Assembly (NCBI RefSeq): GCF_009914755.1
Contig: NC_060928.1
Source: the human T2T-CHM13v2.0 reference genome, Homo sapiens
Length of the DNA: 64,000 bases
Direction: 5' to 3' (one strand)
Under the pieces are notes generated by a model that saw only the letters and a program-made list of their open reading frames with translations, was not told where the DNA came from and did not search any database. The position numbers were made by a program, and so were the translations under genes. Position 1 is the first letter of the stretch. Every line of letters starts with the position of its first letter. Positions 1 through 11,340 of this stretch are shown here, in pieces.

Positions 1-659
1 ACAATTCACTTTAAGAAAACTTCATGACCTCCCATATAAATTTAATTTGTTGAGTTACATTATATAATAATTATTGATTGTATATTTGTGTGACTAGTAT
101 TTAAAAACAAGCTTCTGCTAGCAAAGTTAAATATTTCTAACAAATCATTTGTTTTAAAATAGTGGAGCCTCTAGCCTTTAGCCAGAGGTGTGCATGAATT
201 CCAAGGAGGAGATTTCTTTGCAAATTTAGTAAAAATTGCTCCTTTCTTAAAAGTGAGTACTCTTATCCATCATCAAACACTGGATTTATATGATTAACAA
301 ACATCTAATGATTGAATTAGAAATATTAACATCAGCATCACTTTCTAAATATCAAACACTGGATGAAATTTACTAATGTTACTTTATTACTATTTATGAA
401 CTATTTGACTGAATAGTAAATGCTTGCTTACACATACAATTTCTTTCTTAAGTTTCATGATTGATTACAATATTTCTTAAGATAAATTCTATTTAGTGTT
501 TCACCTCCCTATTACATATAGCCAACACATTAAACAACTAGACTTTTTCTCCTTAACACTTTTTAAAAGAATTCAAACAATTCATTTTTTTTGAAACATA
601 TTGTGATAATTCATAAATATCATGGTTTATAATGGTTAAAAAATATCATAGAAAAAAGT

Positions 660-1620
660 ATTGCAGAGAGCAGAAATGATTTTGAGCTGATTGGGCATGA
701 TAAATAGAGGCAAAAGACCATAGGATATGGCAAATAAGGAGAGGACAAAAATCTATTGAGGAAGAGGTATAAGTTGTGAAGAAATCATAAATTAGGTGAG
801 TTACATACCGCATACTACAATGTAACTTATAAGTGAAGTTGTTTGTCCATTGTTTGGTAAGTAACAGATTAAAAATTGAATTGATGGCAGCAGATATAAA
901 ATATCATATTTAATCCAAAGAAGAGAGGGAAGGGAGAGAAAGATTATTTAGGAGCCTACTACAATAATCCAACACTGAGGGGTGTTTGCTAGAATAAGTA
1001 AATAAAATACTGTAAATAATATGCTTGTAGTAACAAGAAGAATAAAAGTGATGTGAAGGCTAAAAGTTGCTGCAGGCTTTCTGAAGAACAAATATATTAA
1101 GTGACAATTTCAAATGGGAAGTGAAATGGGGAAAATAAACGGATAACTTTATGTCCTTCAAATATGAAAAAAGGGAAAGTTGAGGTGTCACTAACAGATG
1201 TGAATGACTTAAGAAAAAGGACTCATTGTTCAGTTATTCATGGTTTCAGCAGGTATTTCTTGGCTATCTCCCGTGCACAAGGAATTATGCTATATAATAG
1301 GAATGAAAAACTAAAGAAGAGCAGACATAGTTACTGCCACGGTGGAATTTAAATTTGGTGAGTGAAATGAGCAGTAAATAACCCACACAGAGAAGAGATA
1401 TAAAATTACAATTGCAAATATGCTTATAAAGGAGAGGTTCATGATGTTAGAAAGCACATTATAGGGGAGTTTTGACTTTGTCATGAAGACTGGGAAGAGT
1501 TTTCTGAAGACATGAATACCAAGTTCACTTGGATAGAAATACAGTAGAAAAAAGCAGAAGGCTGTAACCAAACCTTGAGAAATGTCCACAGCTGGACACA
1601 GTACTAAAACGTTTTAGTAA
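660..1620 (-). mobile_element. L2 LINE fragments (highly diverged)
   Basis: 1245-1400 resembles the reverse complement of the L2 3' end (gtatttcttggctatctcccgtgcacaagg...gcagacatagttactgcc); purine-rich L2-like text on both sides. Boundaries approximate. Confidence 0.55.
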
Positions 1621-3539
1621 AAATGACCAGGTGGATATGTTTTGAGACTGAGGAAAAAAATGAGGAATACTTGACAATTTTTTACTAAATGTGACTAAAA
1701 GTCACTGGCCAAATAAAAAGTATACTTAAATTGGAATAAGTTGAATTTGGGCCTTAATTATTTTCATTAACTATGGTACCTTGGTAAGCATTCAGATGAC
1801 AAATGAACTAGCTCGTGATACACTTTACCTTTGCAGCCTTGCATTATAATACAAAATTTTGTACATATAAATTTTACATTTTCCAAATATTGTATCTAGA
1901 ATTTCAAACTACCTGAATCACACAAATAATGAGATTATTCCTGCTATAATTTCTGTTATAACACAATATGATCTCTTCCTGACAAGCATTTTATATAAAT
2001 TACTGCAATTTTAATGTTAAATGTTATTTTAACACTTGTGTTTGGACTCCAACATGGAATTATATTACTTACTTTATTAGCTCATTTACCACCTACCATG
2101 CTATATTATTAGATAATTCTTTGAACATGAAATGTTTGGGGTTACTTCTGATAGTAATTTAAGGACCCCTTTGGCTTACCATTTACTGTCTCTTTCCATA
2201 ACTGTTTCATGTCTGTGGTCTTTATTAAAAATTAGGGTAATTTAATCAGTACTGATTAAGATAACTCTTATTCAGAGAAGAATTTGATGAATTCCAAAGT
2301 GATATTACAATGTAATTTATAAACTCTCTTTTGCTAAAAAGAAAATGTTCAAGCCATCACTTTTTAGAAGGATTATTTATATTAATAAATATTTTGAAAG
2401 ACTTCTACAATTACATTGAATATTGTATGGCTTTTTCTTTATATGATACATTTACAATATACTAAACAATCAACTCTTCTGCTTTCATCATATATTATAT
2501 AGGCTTTATGATTCTAGGTATACATATTATAGTATGCCCTTTACCAGCAACAGTGGTAGCTGACTCATGTCTTCCACATTCACTAAATTTATATGGCTTG
2601 CATATATATATATAATAGTTGAAATTATATATATATTTAAACTTTATTAATATGTGAGTTTCGGAGTACCTATAGAAACTTAGACTTTCTTCTTGAAATA
2701 TATTTAACAATTTAGTGGATAAATTATAAAACTAATATGTCTTTATAACCAATATGGTTTCCACTATGGAGTAGAAAGCAATTTATTTCTATCACCTAGG
2801 CCAATTTGATAATTTTTAAGAGCATTATTTTTATTAAACACATGGGGATATATGACTAGTACAAATTATATAAACATAACACCAGCATTGTCATATTTCA
2901 TATGACCACCTTGAGTTATAGCTTTGTATTTGACTTGACTAATACTTTAATGCTTTTTTGTGTGTGACCATTAAATGATGCAAGCGCATTGTAATTCATC
3001 TAATGAAAGTGTAGACAAAAGTAACTAAAGATAAAAAGTGCATGCATTCTATTCATTGAAGGAAAGACATTACTTTTTGTGTAATTTAATTAAAATTCCT
3101 CTCTCTGTATATCACTATATAATGTAGTTTATAAACAGTTTGCAATTTGTACATTACCAAACTGAGTGTTTTCTCATTTATTGTTATTCATTTCTTTTTC
3201 TCTGCACCTTATTCATGCTTTCAAACATGCTCCCTGAGCCTTCTTTTCCACTCACCAATAATACTCTGGGTTAAAATGTGACCTTTTAGTTATTTTCAGT
3301 TAAAAGCATTTTCTATCTTGTTTGGTCTCATTTATAACTTCAATTCAGATCATGTTGAAAATTAATTTCCCTTTGCTTTTCTCAGTGTTGAACAGGAGAT
3401 GATGACCGATTAATTTAACTCACCCTTTCCTTCCTTTTCTGGATCTTTTCTGTTTTGTTGAATCTAGTGAAGCAGATATAGTGAAAGAAGGGAAAATATC
3501 TTCCCTCTAATATATCAAGAGAATCACATAGAGTCAAAA

Positions 3540-4348
3540 GGCAAATGAAAACTGTAAGAAAATATTGAAATTTGTATGAAACTGATGAATAATTATTAAA
3601 GTTTAGATGAGAATAGAAATACAAATCAGGTAGAAACATGAGCAAAAGACATAAAAATAAGATTCCAAGACAAAAGTTTACATATGTCCTTAAGCATTAA
3701 AAAAAATTAAGACTTCACTGAAATACTACTTTTCATGTATCATACAAGTAAAAATTTTAAAAATTTGACACTACACTCAATTGGAGAACCTACAGAGAAA
3801 GGCATTATCACGAGCTGCTGAACGGCATTTAGCAATATCTAATAAAAATATATACTGACGTTTCCTTTGACCCAAGGATTTCACCTTAAAAAATGTACTA
3901 TAAATACAACTTTTATTCGTAGAGGTGTAGAGTTGAATAAATGAAAAAAATGCATTAATTGTGACATTACATACAATAGCAAAATGTTGGAAACAATCCA
4001 AACTCCCATCCACAGGATACAAGTTGAATTTATTAGGGTCATTTTTGTAATGGAGTAGTATGCAAATATAAATAAGAATGAGGAAGATTTCTGTGAACCA
4101 ATAATCAGAGATTCCCAGAATATATGTAGAGTAGAAGTTCAATGGGAAGAATAGAAATGCAAGTAAGACTTTTCTAAGCATATCTTTTTATGTTATTTCT
4201 TCTGATTTGAAAATTAGAGCATGTTAAATCAAAGATTCATATATTCAAAAATACATAATAAACTATAAATTAAAAACTCAGATTTTAAAATCAAATACAA
4301 GAAAACTCTAATAGTTTATCAAATTGCTATCACAAAATTATATGTTAA
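3540..4348 (+). mobile_element. Old L1 (L1ME-like) ORF2-end/3' region, interrupted by LTR1
   Basis: Diverged L1 3' motifs (aatagcaaaatgttggaaacaatccaaactcccatcc; aatggagtagtatgc); L1-like sequence appears to resume after 5138. Confidence 0.55.
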
Positions 4349-5138
4349 TGATATGGGAGGGGTGGCGGAGAAGTGCTGGGTAGAGAAAGGCAAGGTCCCT
4401 GGCGAGGGCTCCACCCTCAGGCCTGTACCCATGGACCTAAGTGAGGACAAGCACTCTTGCTTTCGCACCCAAATGTTGCATTTTCCAAGACCACTGTCGC
4501 CCGCCATGCCCCCCACTCTGTGCCTATAAAAACCCCGAGACCCTAGCAGGCACATACACAGGCAGCTGGACATCCAGAGGAGCAGAGGAGCGGTAGAGCA
4601 CACCGACAGGCACCGGTAGATGCTGGCAGGCCATTGACGGTGGGAGGCGTAGAATTTGGCCAGAAGCAATCAGGGGAGAGTCCAGCCGCTGGGCAGCCAG
4701 ATTTCAGAGGAAGACCACCTTTCTAACCCATCTCTCTTCTGGCCTCCCATCCACCTCAATGAGAGCTACCTCCACTCAATAAGATCTTGCACCCATCCTC
4801 CAAATCCTATTTTTCCAGTACACCAGGTAAGAACCTGGGATACAGAAAGCCCTCTGTGCTTGGCAATAAGGCAGAGGGTCTAGTTAAGCTGATTAACACA
4901 AGCCACCTGCAGAGGGCAAAAAAAGAGTACACTGTTAACACATGCCCACTGGGGCTTCGGGAGCTGTAAACACTCAACTCTAGATGCTGCCACGGAGTCG
5001 GAGCCCAAAAACGCTCCCTCCCCATGACCTGCCCGTCTGCATGCTCCCGCTAGGGGTCTGAGCAGAAGGGCACCTAAGAGGCAGGACACACCCCATCACA
5101 CGCCCTGCAAGGATGATGAGGGAACTTCTCCTGTTTCA
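4349..5138 (+). mobile_element. Solo LTR1-family LTR (ERV1, HUERS-P2 type)
   Basis: TG...CA termini (tgatatgggagggg...cctgtttca); matches recalled LTR1/LTR1A motifs (gtccctggcgagggctccaccctc; cccaaatgttgcatttt; cctataaaaacccc); 4-bp flanks ttaa/ttat. Confidence 0.85.
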
Positions 5139-6369
5139 TTATGTAGCCTTGAATACTGTTCTTTCATTGTACATTGTTATAAAGGTATAGCTAAAGCCAA
5201 AATAAACTGTAAAGAAGATTTAAGTGTTACTTATCAGATTATCTGAATTCTAAAATGCTCTATTTGATTATAAACGTTAGGAGGTATTATATGTTAAATA
5301 CACACAAAATAATGTGGTTAAATTATTCCTAAATACTTTTAATTATTAAATTATGCATAAATAATTTCTATATTCAGTTTTAGATTCAGAACCTTCTGAA
5401 TTACTTCTCAACTCAGAGATATTGACAACTTTATTTCACAGATTACAATGTCATCCATCTGTCTTAGTGATTCTGGATTGCTTAAGCAATGCAATGCTTC
5501 ACTATCTTTTGTGCTTTTTCCTTTCAATTTATGACACTCATTCTGCAAATTTTGATGTGGGTCCATTTTGGATCTTATCAGAAGTTATAAACAAAATATT
5601 TTTATGTTTTCTCTTCAAGTGGTCCCCTAAAATGTTTGTTGACTGAAATGACAAGGATTATTGGTTTTACACTTATGTTATAACGAATGATAATCAAGTC
5701 ACTCTATTTTGGCAAGGTTATTTCTTTAGTTGTTCAGATACATGTTCATGCAGTACATCAAAAGCTAAAGTACTTGCTGGGTTAAATAGATGTCTCAGAT
5801 ACCCAGTCAAGATGAATTTTAACCAACTTCATTTCTCTTTCATATTCCCTGAGCTCTGAGAAAAAAATATTTTCATATGAAGGAAATATTTCCCCTTTCA
5901 TGTTTCTTTGAGAGTTCCGTATGCTGGTGAAGTCCCTTCTCTTGAGAGATCAGACTTTTTATATACTATGCACATAACTGAATTGAAGTTACAATAATAT
6001 AAACAGCTGTGACCAAATTTGTGTGTAAGTAATCATAGCTATGTGTTAATTGCTGTCTGACAAATGGGATCTGTTAAAGCATATAAGTAAATATAAAAGT
6101 ATGGATTCAGGCAAGATTTATTAAAAAACAAAAAATGTAAAAAAATGCCATTTTGAATTTATGAAATATGTGAGTCACTTCTCAACTTTTGTTTTAACAA
6201 TCTGGAATACTTCATATCATTCTAAAATTTTAAAAATCATTTATTGAATTTTATTTATTCATTGATACTTTAAAAGAATCCCCTCTCTATATTATTACAG
6301 TCTACAATTATTACCATATATACTCTTAAAAATTACAGTGTCTTTAAGTTTTATTAGACTATTAAAATT

Positions 6370-7071
6370 TTCCTTTGTGGGTGACCTGGTCTTTCTCTCT
6401 GGCGGACCTTAACTTTTTTTCTTTCATTTAGACCTTGGAGAATCTCATGATTATGTGTCTTGAGGTTGATCTTCTCATGGAGTATCTTACTGGGGTTCTC
6501 TGCATTTCCTGAATTTGAACGTTGGCCTGTCTTGCTAGGTTGGGGAAGTTCCTCTGGATGATATCCTGAAGTATGCTTTCCATACTGGTTGCATTCTCCC
6601 CAACTCTTTCGGGAACCTCAATCAGTCATAAATTTGGTCTCTTTACATAACCCATATTTCTTGGAGGTTTTGTTCACTCCTGTTTATTTTTTTTTAATTC
6701 TTGTATGCCTGTCTTATTTCAGAAAGATAATCTTCAAGCTCTGAGATTCTTTCCTCCATTTCCTCTATTCTTCTACTGATGCTTGTGATTGCATTGTGAA
6801 ATTCTTGTGTTGTGTTTTTCAGCTTTATCAGATTGGTGTTCCTCTCTAAACTGGCTATTCTGGCTATCAGCTCCTGTATTGTTTTATCATGGTTCTTAGC
6901 TCCTTTGCATGTTCCTTTAGCTCAGCAAAGTTTGTTATTACCCATCTTCTGAAGCCCACTTCTGTCAGTTCAGCCATTTTAGCCTCAGCAAAGTTCTGTG
7001 CCATTGCTGGCGAAGTGTTGTGATTATTTGGAGAAGAGGCACTCAGAATTTTGAGGTTTTAGCATGTTTGC
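6370..7071 (-). mobile_element. L1PA (approx. L1PA11-13) ORF1 region, inverted
   Basis: Reverse-strand ORF1 sequence (cctgaatttgaacgttggcctgtcttgctaggttggggaagtt; gaccttggagaatctcatgattatgtgtcttg). Confidence 0.85.
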
Positions 7072-7072
7072 T

Positions 7073-7899
7073 AAACACTTCTCAAAAGGAGACATATATG
7101 TGGCTGGAAAACATGAAAAAGAGTGCAACATCACTGATCATTAGAGAAATGTCAATCAAAACCACAATGAGATAACATCTCACGCCAGGAATGACATTTA
7201 ATAAAAAGTGAAAAAACAACAGATGCTGGTGAGGTTGTGGAGAAAAAGAAATGCTTTTACACTGTTGGTGGGAGTGTAAATTAGTTCAACCATTGTGGAA
7301 GACAGTGTGGCAATTCCTCAAAGTCCTATAGGGAGAAATACCATTTGATCCAGCAATCCCATTACTGAGTATATACCCAAAGGATTATAAATCATTCTAT
7401 TATAAGGATACACGCATGCGTATGTTCATTGCAGCACTATTCACAGTAGCAAAGACAAGGAATCAACACAAATGCCCATAAATGATAGACTGGATCAAGA
7501 AAATGTGGTACATATATACCATGGAATACTATGCAGCCATAAATAGCAATGAAATCATGTTTTTTGCAGGGACATGGATGGAGCTGGAAACCATTATCCT
7601 CAGCAAACTAATGCAGAAACAAAAAAAAAAAAACAAACTGAATGTTCCCCCTTATAAGTGGGAACTGAATGATGAGAACACATAGGCACATGGAGGGGAA
7701 CAACACACACTGGAGCCTATTGTGGGGGCATTTGGGGAGAGAGAGCATCAGGAAGAATAGCTAATGGATACTGGGCTTAATACCTAGGTGACGGGATCTG
7801 TGCAGCAAAACACCATGGCACACGTTTACCTAATGTAACAAACTTGCACATCCTGTACATGTACCCTGGAAGGTAAAATAAAAGTTGAAGAAAATAAAA
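7073..7899 (+). mobile_element. L1PA (approx. L1PA11-13) ORF2 C-terminus and 3' UTR
   Basis: ORF 7482-7685 gives MIDWIKKMWYIYTMEYYAAI...WMELETIILSKL (ORF2 C-terminus); 3' UTR gagagcatcaggaagaatagctaatgg...aaataaaagttgaag. Confidence 0.92.
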
Positions 7900-8039
7900 G
7901 AGAACTAATGAAAGCATCTAAACATTCCTCTGTTTGGAGCTACTTTCTGGGGGTGAGTGGCAGCTATAACTAGTGTAATGATCTATTAAGTGGAAGTCTG
8001 AGTATTTGAATTCACCTTGATGGAACTTGTGAGAGGCGG

Positions 8040-8180
8040 TAATGTGTGGCTTCAGAGCCAGGTCCATCCGGACATAGAGACAGGCTCCCCATCATGGGCT
8101 GTGTGACTTTGGGACAAGTTACTTAAACTCTGTAAGCCTCTATTGTCTTCATCTGTAAAATGAAGATAGGAATAAAGTTC
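8040..8180 (+). mobile_element. MIR SINE
   Basis: MIR core: gctgtgtgactttgggacaagttacttaaactctgtaagcctc...catctgtaaaatg. Confidence 0.8.
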
Positions 8181-8347
8181 ACTTGAAAACAAAACAAAGC
8201 AAAGCAAAAATTTTCTGTTGATTCTTGATTCAATTATGGTTATTTTTAATGCATTGGTTTAATCAATACTTCAATATTATCATAAACATACCTACTGTTC
8301 CAAAATAATAATTTAAAATGGAATAAATATTCAAGCAAGAAATTTTC

Positions 8348-8543
8348 TTTTTTTTTTAAGAGGGCACATTTAGTTTTATTTATTATATGGAAACTTTTAT
8401 GATTTTGAGTCTTTAAAATGGAATTGTAGAAAATAATTTTAACTTATTCTCGTTCCTTTAAATTTCTGCAATATTTAAATATGGTCTTGAGCCTCCCTGA
8501 GATTTTTCTCATGCAAGTTAATTTGGTCTTTTCCATTTGTGGA
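8348..8543 (-). other. L1 3'-transduced flank plus second poly(A) tail
   Basis: Non-L1 sequence 8358-8543 and T10 (8348-8357) lie inside the TSD pair (8329-8347 / 9807-9825); minus-strand AATAAA at 8375-8380 and 8379-8384. Confidence 0.8.
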
Positions 8544-9809
8544 TTTTTTTTTATTATACTTTACATTCTAGGGTACATGTGCACAGCGTGCAGGTTTGTT
8601 ACATAGAGATACATGTGCCATGCTGGTTTGCTGCACCCATCAACTCATCATTTACATTAGGTATTTACCCTAATGCTATCCCTCCCCCAACCCCCACCCC
8701 AAGACAGGCCCTGGTGTGTGATGTCCCCCACCCTGTGTCCATGTGTTCTCATTGTTCAACTCCTGCCTATGAGTGAGAAAATGCAGCGTTGGGTTTTCTG
8801 TCCTTGTGATAGTTTGCTGAGAATGATGGTTTCCAGCTTCATCCATGTCCCTACAAAGGATATGAACTCATCATTTTTCATGGCTGCATAGTATTCCATG
8901 GTGTATATGGGCCACATTTTCTTAATCCAGTCTATCATTGTTGGACATTTGGCTTGGTTCCAAGTCTTTGCTATTGTGAATAGTGCCGCAATAAACATAC
9001 GTGTGCATGTGTCTTTATAGTAGCATGATTTATAATACTTTGGGTATATACCCAGTAATGGGATCTCTGCGTTAAATGGTATTTCTAGTTCTAGATCCTT
9101 GAAGAATCGCCACACTGTCTTCCACAATGGTTTAACCAATTTACACTCCCACCAACAGTGTAAAAGCATTCCTAGTCCTCCACATCCTCTCCGGCATCTG
9201 TTGTTTCCTGATTTTTAATGATTGCCATTCTAACTGGCATGAGATGATATCTCATTGTAGTTTTGATTTGAATTTCTCTGATGACCAGTGATGATGAGCA
9301 TTTTTGCATATGTCTGTCAGCTGCTTAAATGTCTTCTTTTGAGAAGTGTCTGTTCATATCCTTTGTCCAGTTTTTGATGGGGTTGTTTGTTTTTTCCTTA
9401 CAAACTTGTTTAAGTTCTTTGTAGATTCTGGATATTAGCCCTTTGTCAGTTGGGTAGATTGCAAAATTTTTCTCCTATTCTGTAGGTTGCCTTTTCACTC
9501 TTATGATAGTTTCTTTTGCTGTGCAGAAGCTCTTTGGCTTAATTAGATCCCATTTTTCTATTTTGGCTTTTGTTGCCATTGCTTTTGGTGTTTTAGTCAT
9601 GAAGTCTTTGTCCATGCGTATGTCCTGAATGGTATTGCCTAGGTTTTCTTCTAGGGTTTTTATGGTGTTAGGTCTTACGTTTAAGTCTTTAGTCCATCTT
9701 GAGTTAATTTTTGTGTATGATGTAAGGAAGGGATCCAGTTTCAGCTTTCTACATGTGGCTAGCCAGTTTTCCCAGCACCATTTATTAAATAGGGAATCCT
9801 TTCCTCATT
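8544..9809 (-). mobile_element. 5'-truncated L1PA7-like element
   Basis: 3' end ttttttattatacttt...ggtttgctgcacccatcaactcatcatttacattagg; ORF 8756-9169 is the ORF2 C-terminus (HCWWECKLV...CTRMFIAALFTIAKTW). Confidence 0.93.
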
Positions 9810-10245
9810 CAAGCAAGAAATTTTCAAAAGTGCCATAATTGGCTGTTTTACATTGATAAAAATTTTATTTCACAGAATATACAGTCATTAACATTTAAGT
9901 ACGACATAATCTAACAACTTAGAATACAATATTTAAAAATGTTTACAATAAAATATATAAAAATAATGTCTTCATTAACAAATTATTTGTTAGGCTGGCA
10001 TGATATAAAAATATTTTATTCAATCACAGTTCATTACACTTAACTCACGAAAATGTAAGCAAGATATTATTAGATTTACGCAAAGTGGCAGCCCTCTTGT
10101 ACTACATATTGTAAATAATTCAATTATAAATAAGATATGACCTAAGTCTCAGGTCAGCTTCAAGTCGTATTCCACAGATATACAACTAAGTGTAAAGGGA
10201 GTAACTCTCCTGATACCTGACTGTTGCTGTACTGATTGGTCCAAT

Positions 10246-10246
<1 letters not shown>

Positions 10247-10277
<31 letters not shown>

Positions 10278-10441
10278 ACATATATAAAATATATATTTAC
10301 ATATAACATATATAATTTATAATATATATTTATATGTAACATATATAAAATTATATATAATATATATAAAATTTTATATAAATATACATATAAAATTTGA
10401 CCAGTCAGTACAACAGTGAGGTGTATATATACATATGTATA

Positions 10442-10477
<36 letters not shown>
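10247..10477. repeat. Compound (CA)n/(TA)n/(TG)n microsatellite with embedded inverted copy of flank
   Basis: Directly visible dinucleotide runs; 10394-10422 is a near reverse complement of 10215-10246. Confidence 0.95.
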
Positions 10478-10529
10478 GTCAAATTTTATATAAGTTTGTT
10501 AAATGAATAAATCATTAATACTCTAAGGT

Positions 10530-10746
10530 AGGAGCTTGTGAAATATAGCGGTTGGACCAAATCTGGTTCACCACTTGTTTCTGTAAATAAAGTTTTATTA
10601 TAGCACAGCAATGTTCATTCATTTACATACTGTCTATGGCTGCCTGCAGCTAAAAATCACAGTTAAGTAGTTAAAAGAGAGACCACAGGGCCTGCAACGA
10701 TGAGAGTATTAACTTTCCAGCCCTTAAGAGAGTTTTCCAACCCCAG
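10530..10746. mobile_element. MER58A-like hAT-Charlie DNA transposon
   Basis: tgtaaataaagttttatt...cattcatttacatactgtctatggctgc...agttttccaacccc. Confidence 0.8.
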
Positions 10747-10749
10747 TTC

Positions 10750-10907
10750 TATCTGGACACCTCCATGCAGCTTCATGAAAGACCTCAGGCAAGACTGGCA
10801 GAAAACAGATTAGTCAATTTATAAAATAATGAGGAATAGTACATTATTATATGTTAAAAATACTAAGTATTGGTGGCGTTTGTTATACAATAACAGATAA
10901 CTGAAAC
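10750..10907 (+). mobile_element. MLT1 (MaLR) LTR 3' fragment
   Basis: MLT1-type end: actaagtattggtggcgtttgttatacaataacagataactgaaaca. Confidence 0.6.
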
Positions 10908-11199
10908 ATTTAATGAAAGAAAAACAACAAGGTAAAGAATTAATTGTCCTGTATATTCTGTTTGACTACTGGGGACATAAATATAGATATTGTAGTAATG
11001 AGTTTTAGTTTGCAGAAAAAATTAAATTAATGATATAATATGCATTTTAAGAGTGATTGAAATGAGTTAGTTTTTCTTGAATATTCTCTGTGCTTGCTGC
11101 TATGCATTCTTGTTTTACATTTAGAAATATAAAACGTAATTGAAAATTTTTCTTGCATGTTTGCTATTATTATATTTTAAATTTCTGCCAGTTGAATGG

Positions 11200-11340
11200 T
11201 ATGTCTAAGATTTATTTCAAAATAACCAAAGGATAAGATTGACTAGTTGATAATTATTGAATTAGGTGGTGATGTATAGTGGTTTATCATACTATTTTCT
11301 GTATTTCATATGTGTTTGAAGATTCTGTAATGAAAAGGTA
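11200..11340 (+). mobile_element. L1ME 3' terminal fragment
   Basis: atgtctaagatttatttcaaaataa...tcatactattttctgtatttcatatgtgtttgaag, typical of old L1 3' ends. Confidence 0.55.

Noticed and set aside
163-258. Exon-like segment ending in AAA|GTGAGT; 175-252 is open (PLARGVHEFQGGDFFANLVKIAPFLK)
   Set aside because: From the acceptor at 161-162 all three frames hit stops; the alternative acceptor has a poor pyrimidine tract; the peptide is not recognised and no partner exons were found.
270-364. 14-bp direct repeat atcaaacactggat about 80 bp apart
   Set aside because: Only two copies and no recognisable element between them; neither an array nor a convincing TSD.
8756-9169. 137-aa ORF with clear protein homology
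   Set aside because: C-terminal remnant of L1 ORF2 in a 5'-truncated element, not a gene. The same applies to 7482-7685, 9629-9838 and 62401-63021.
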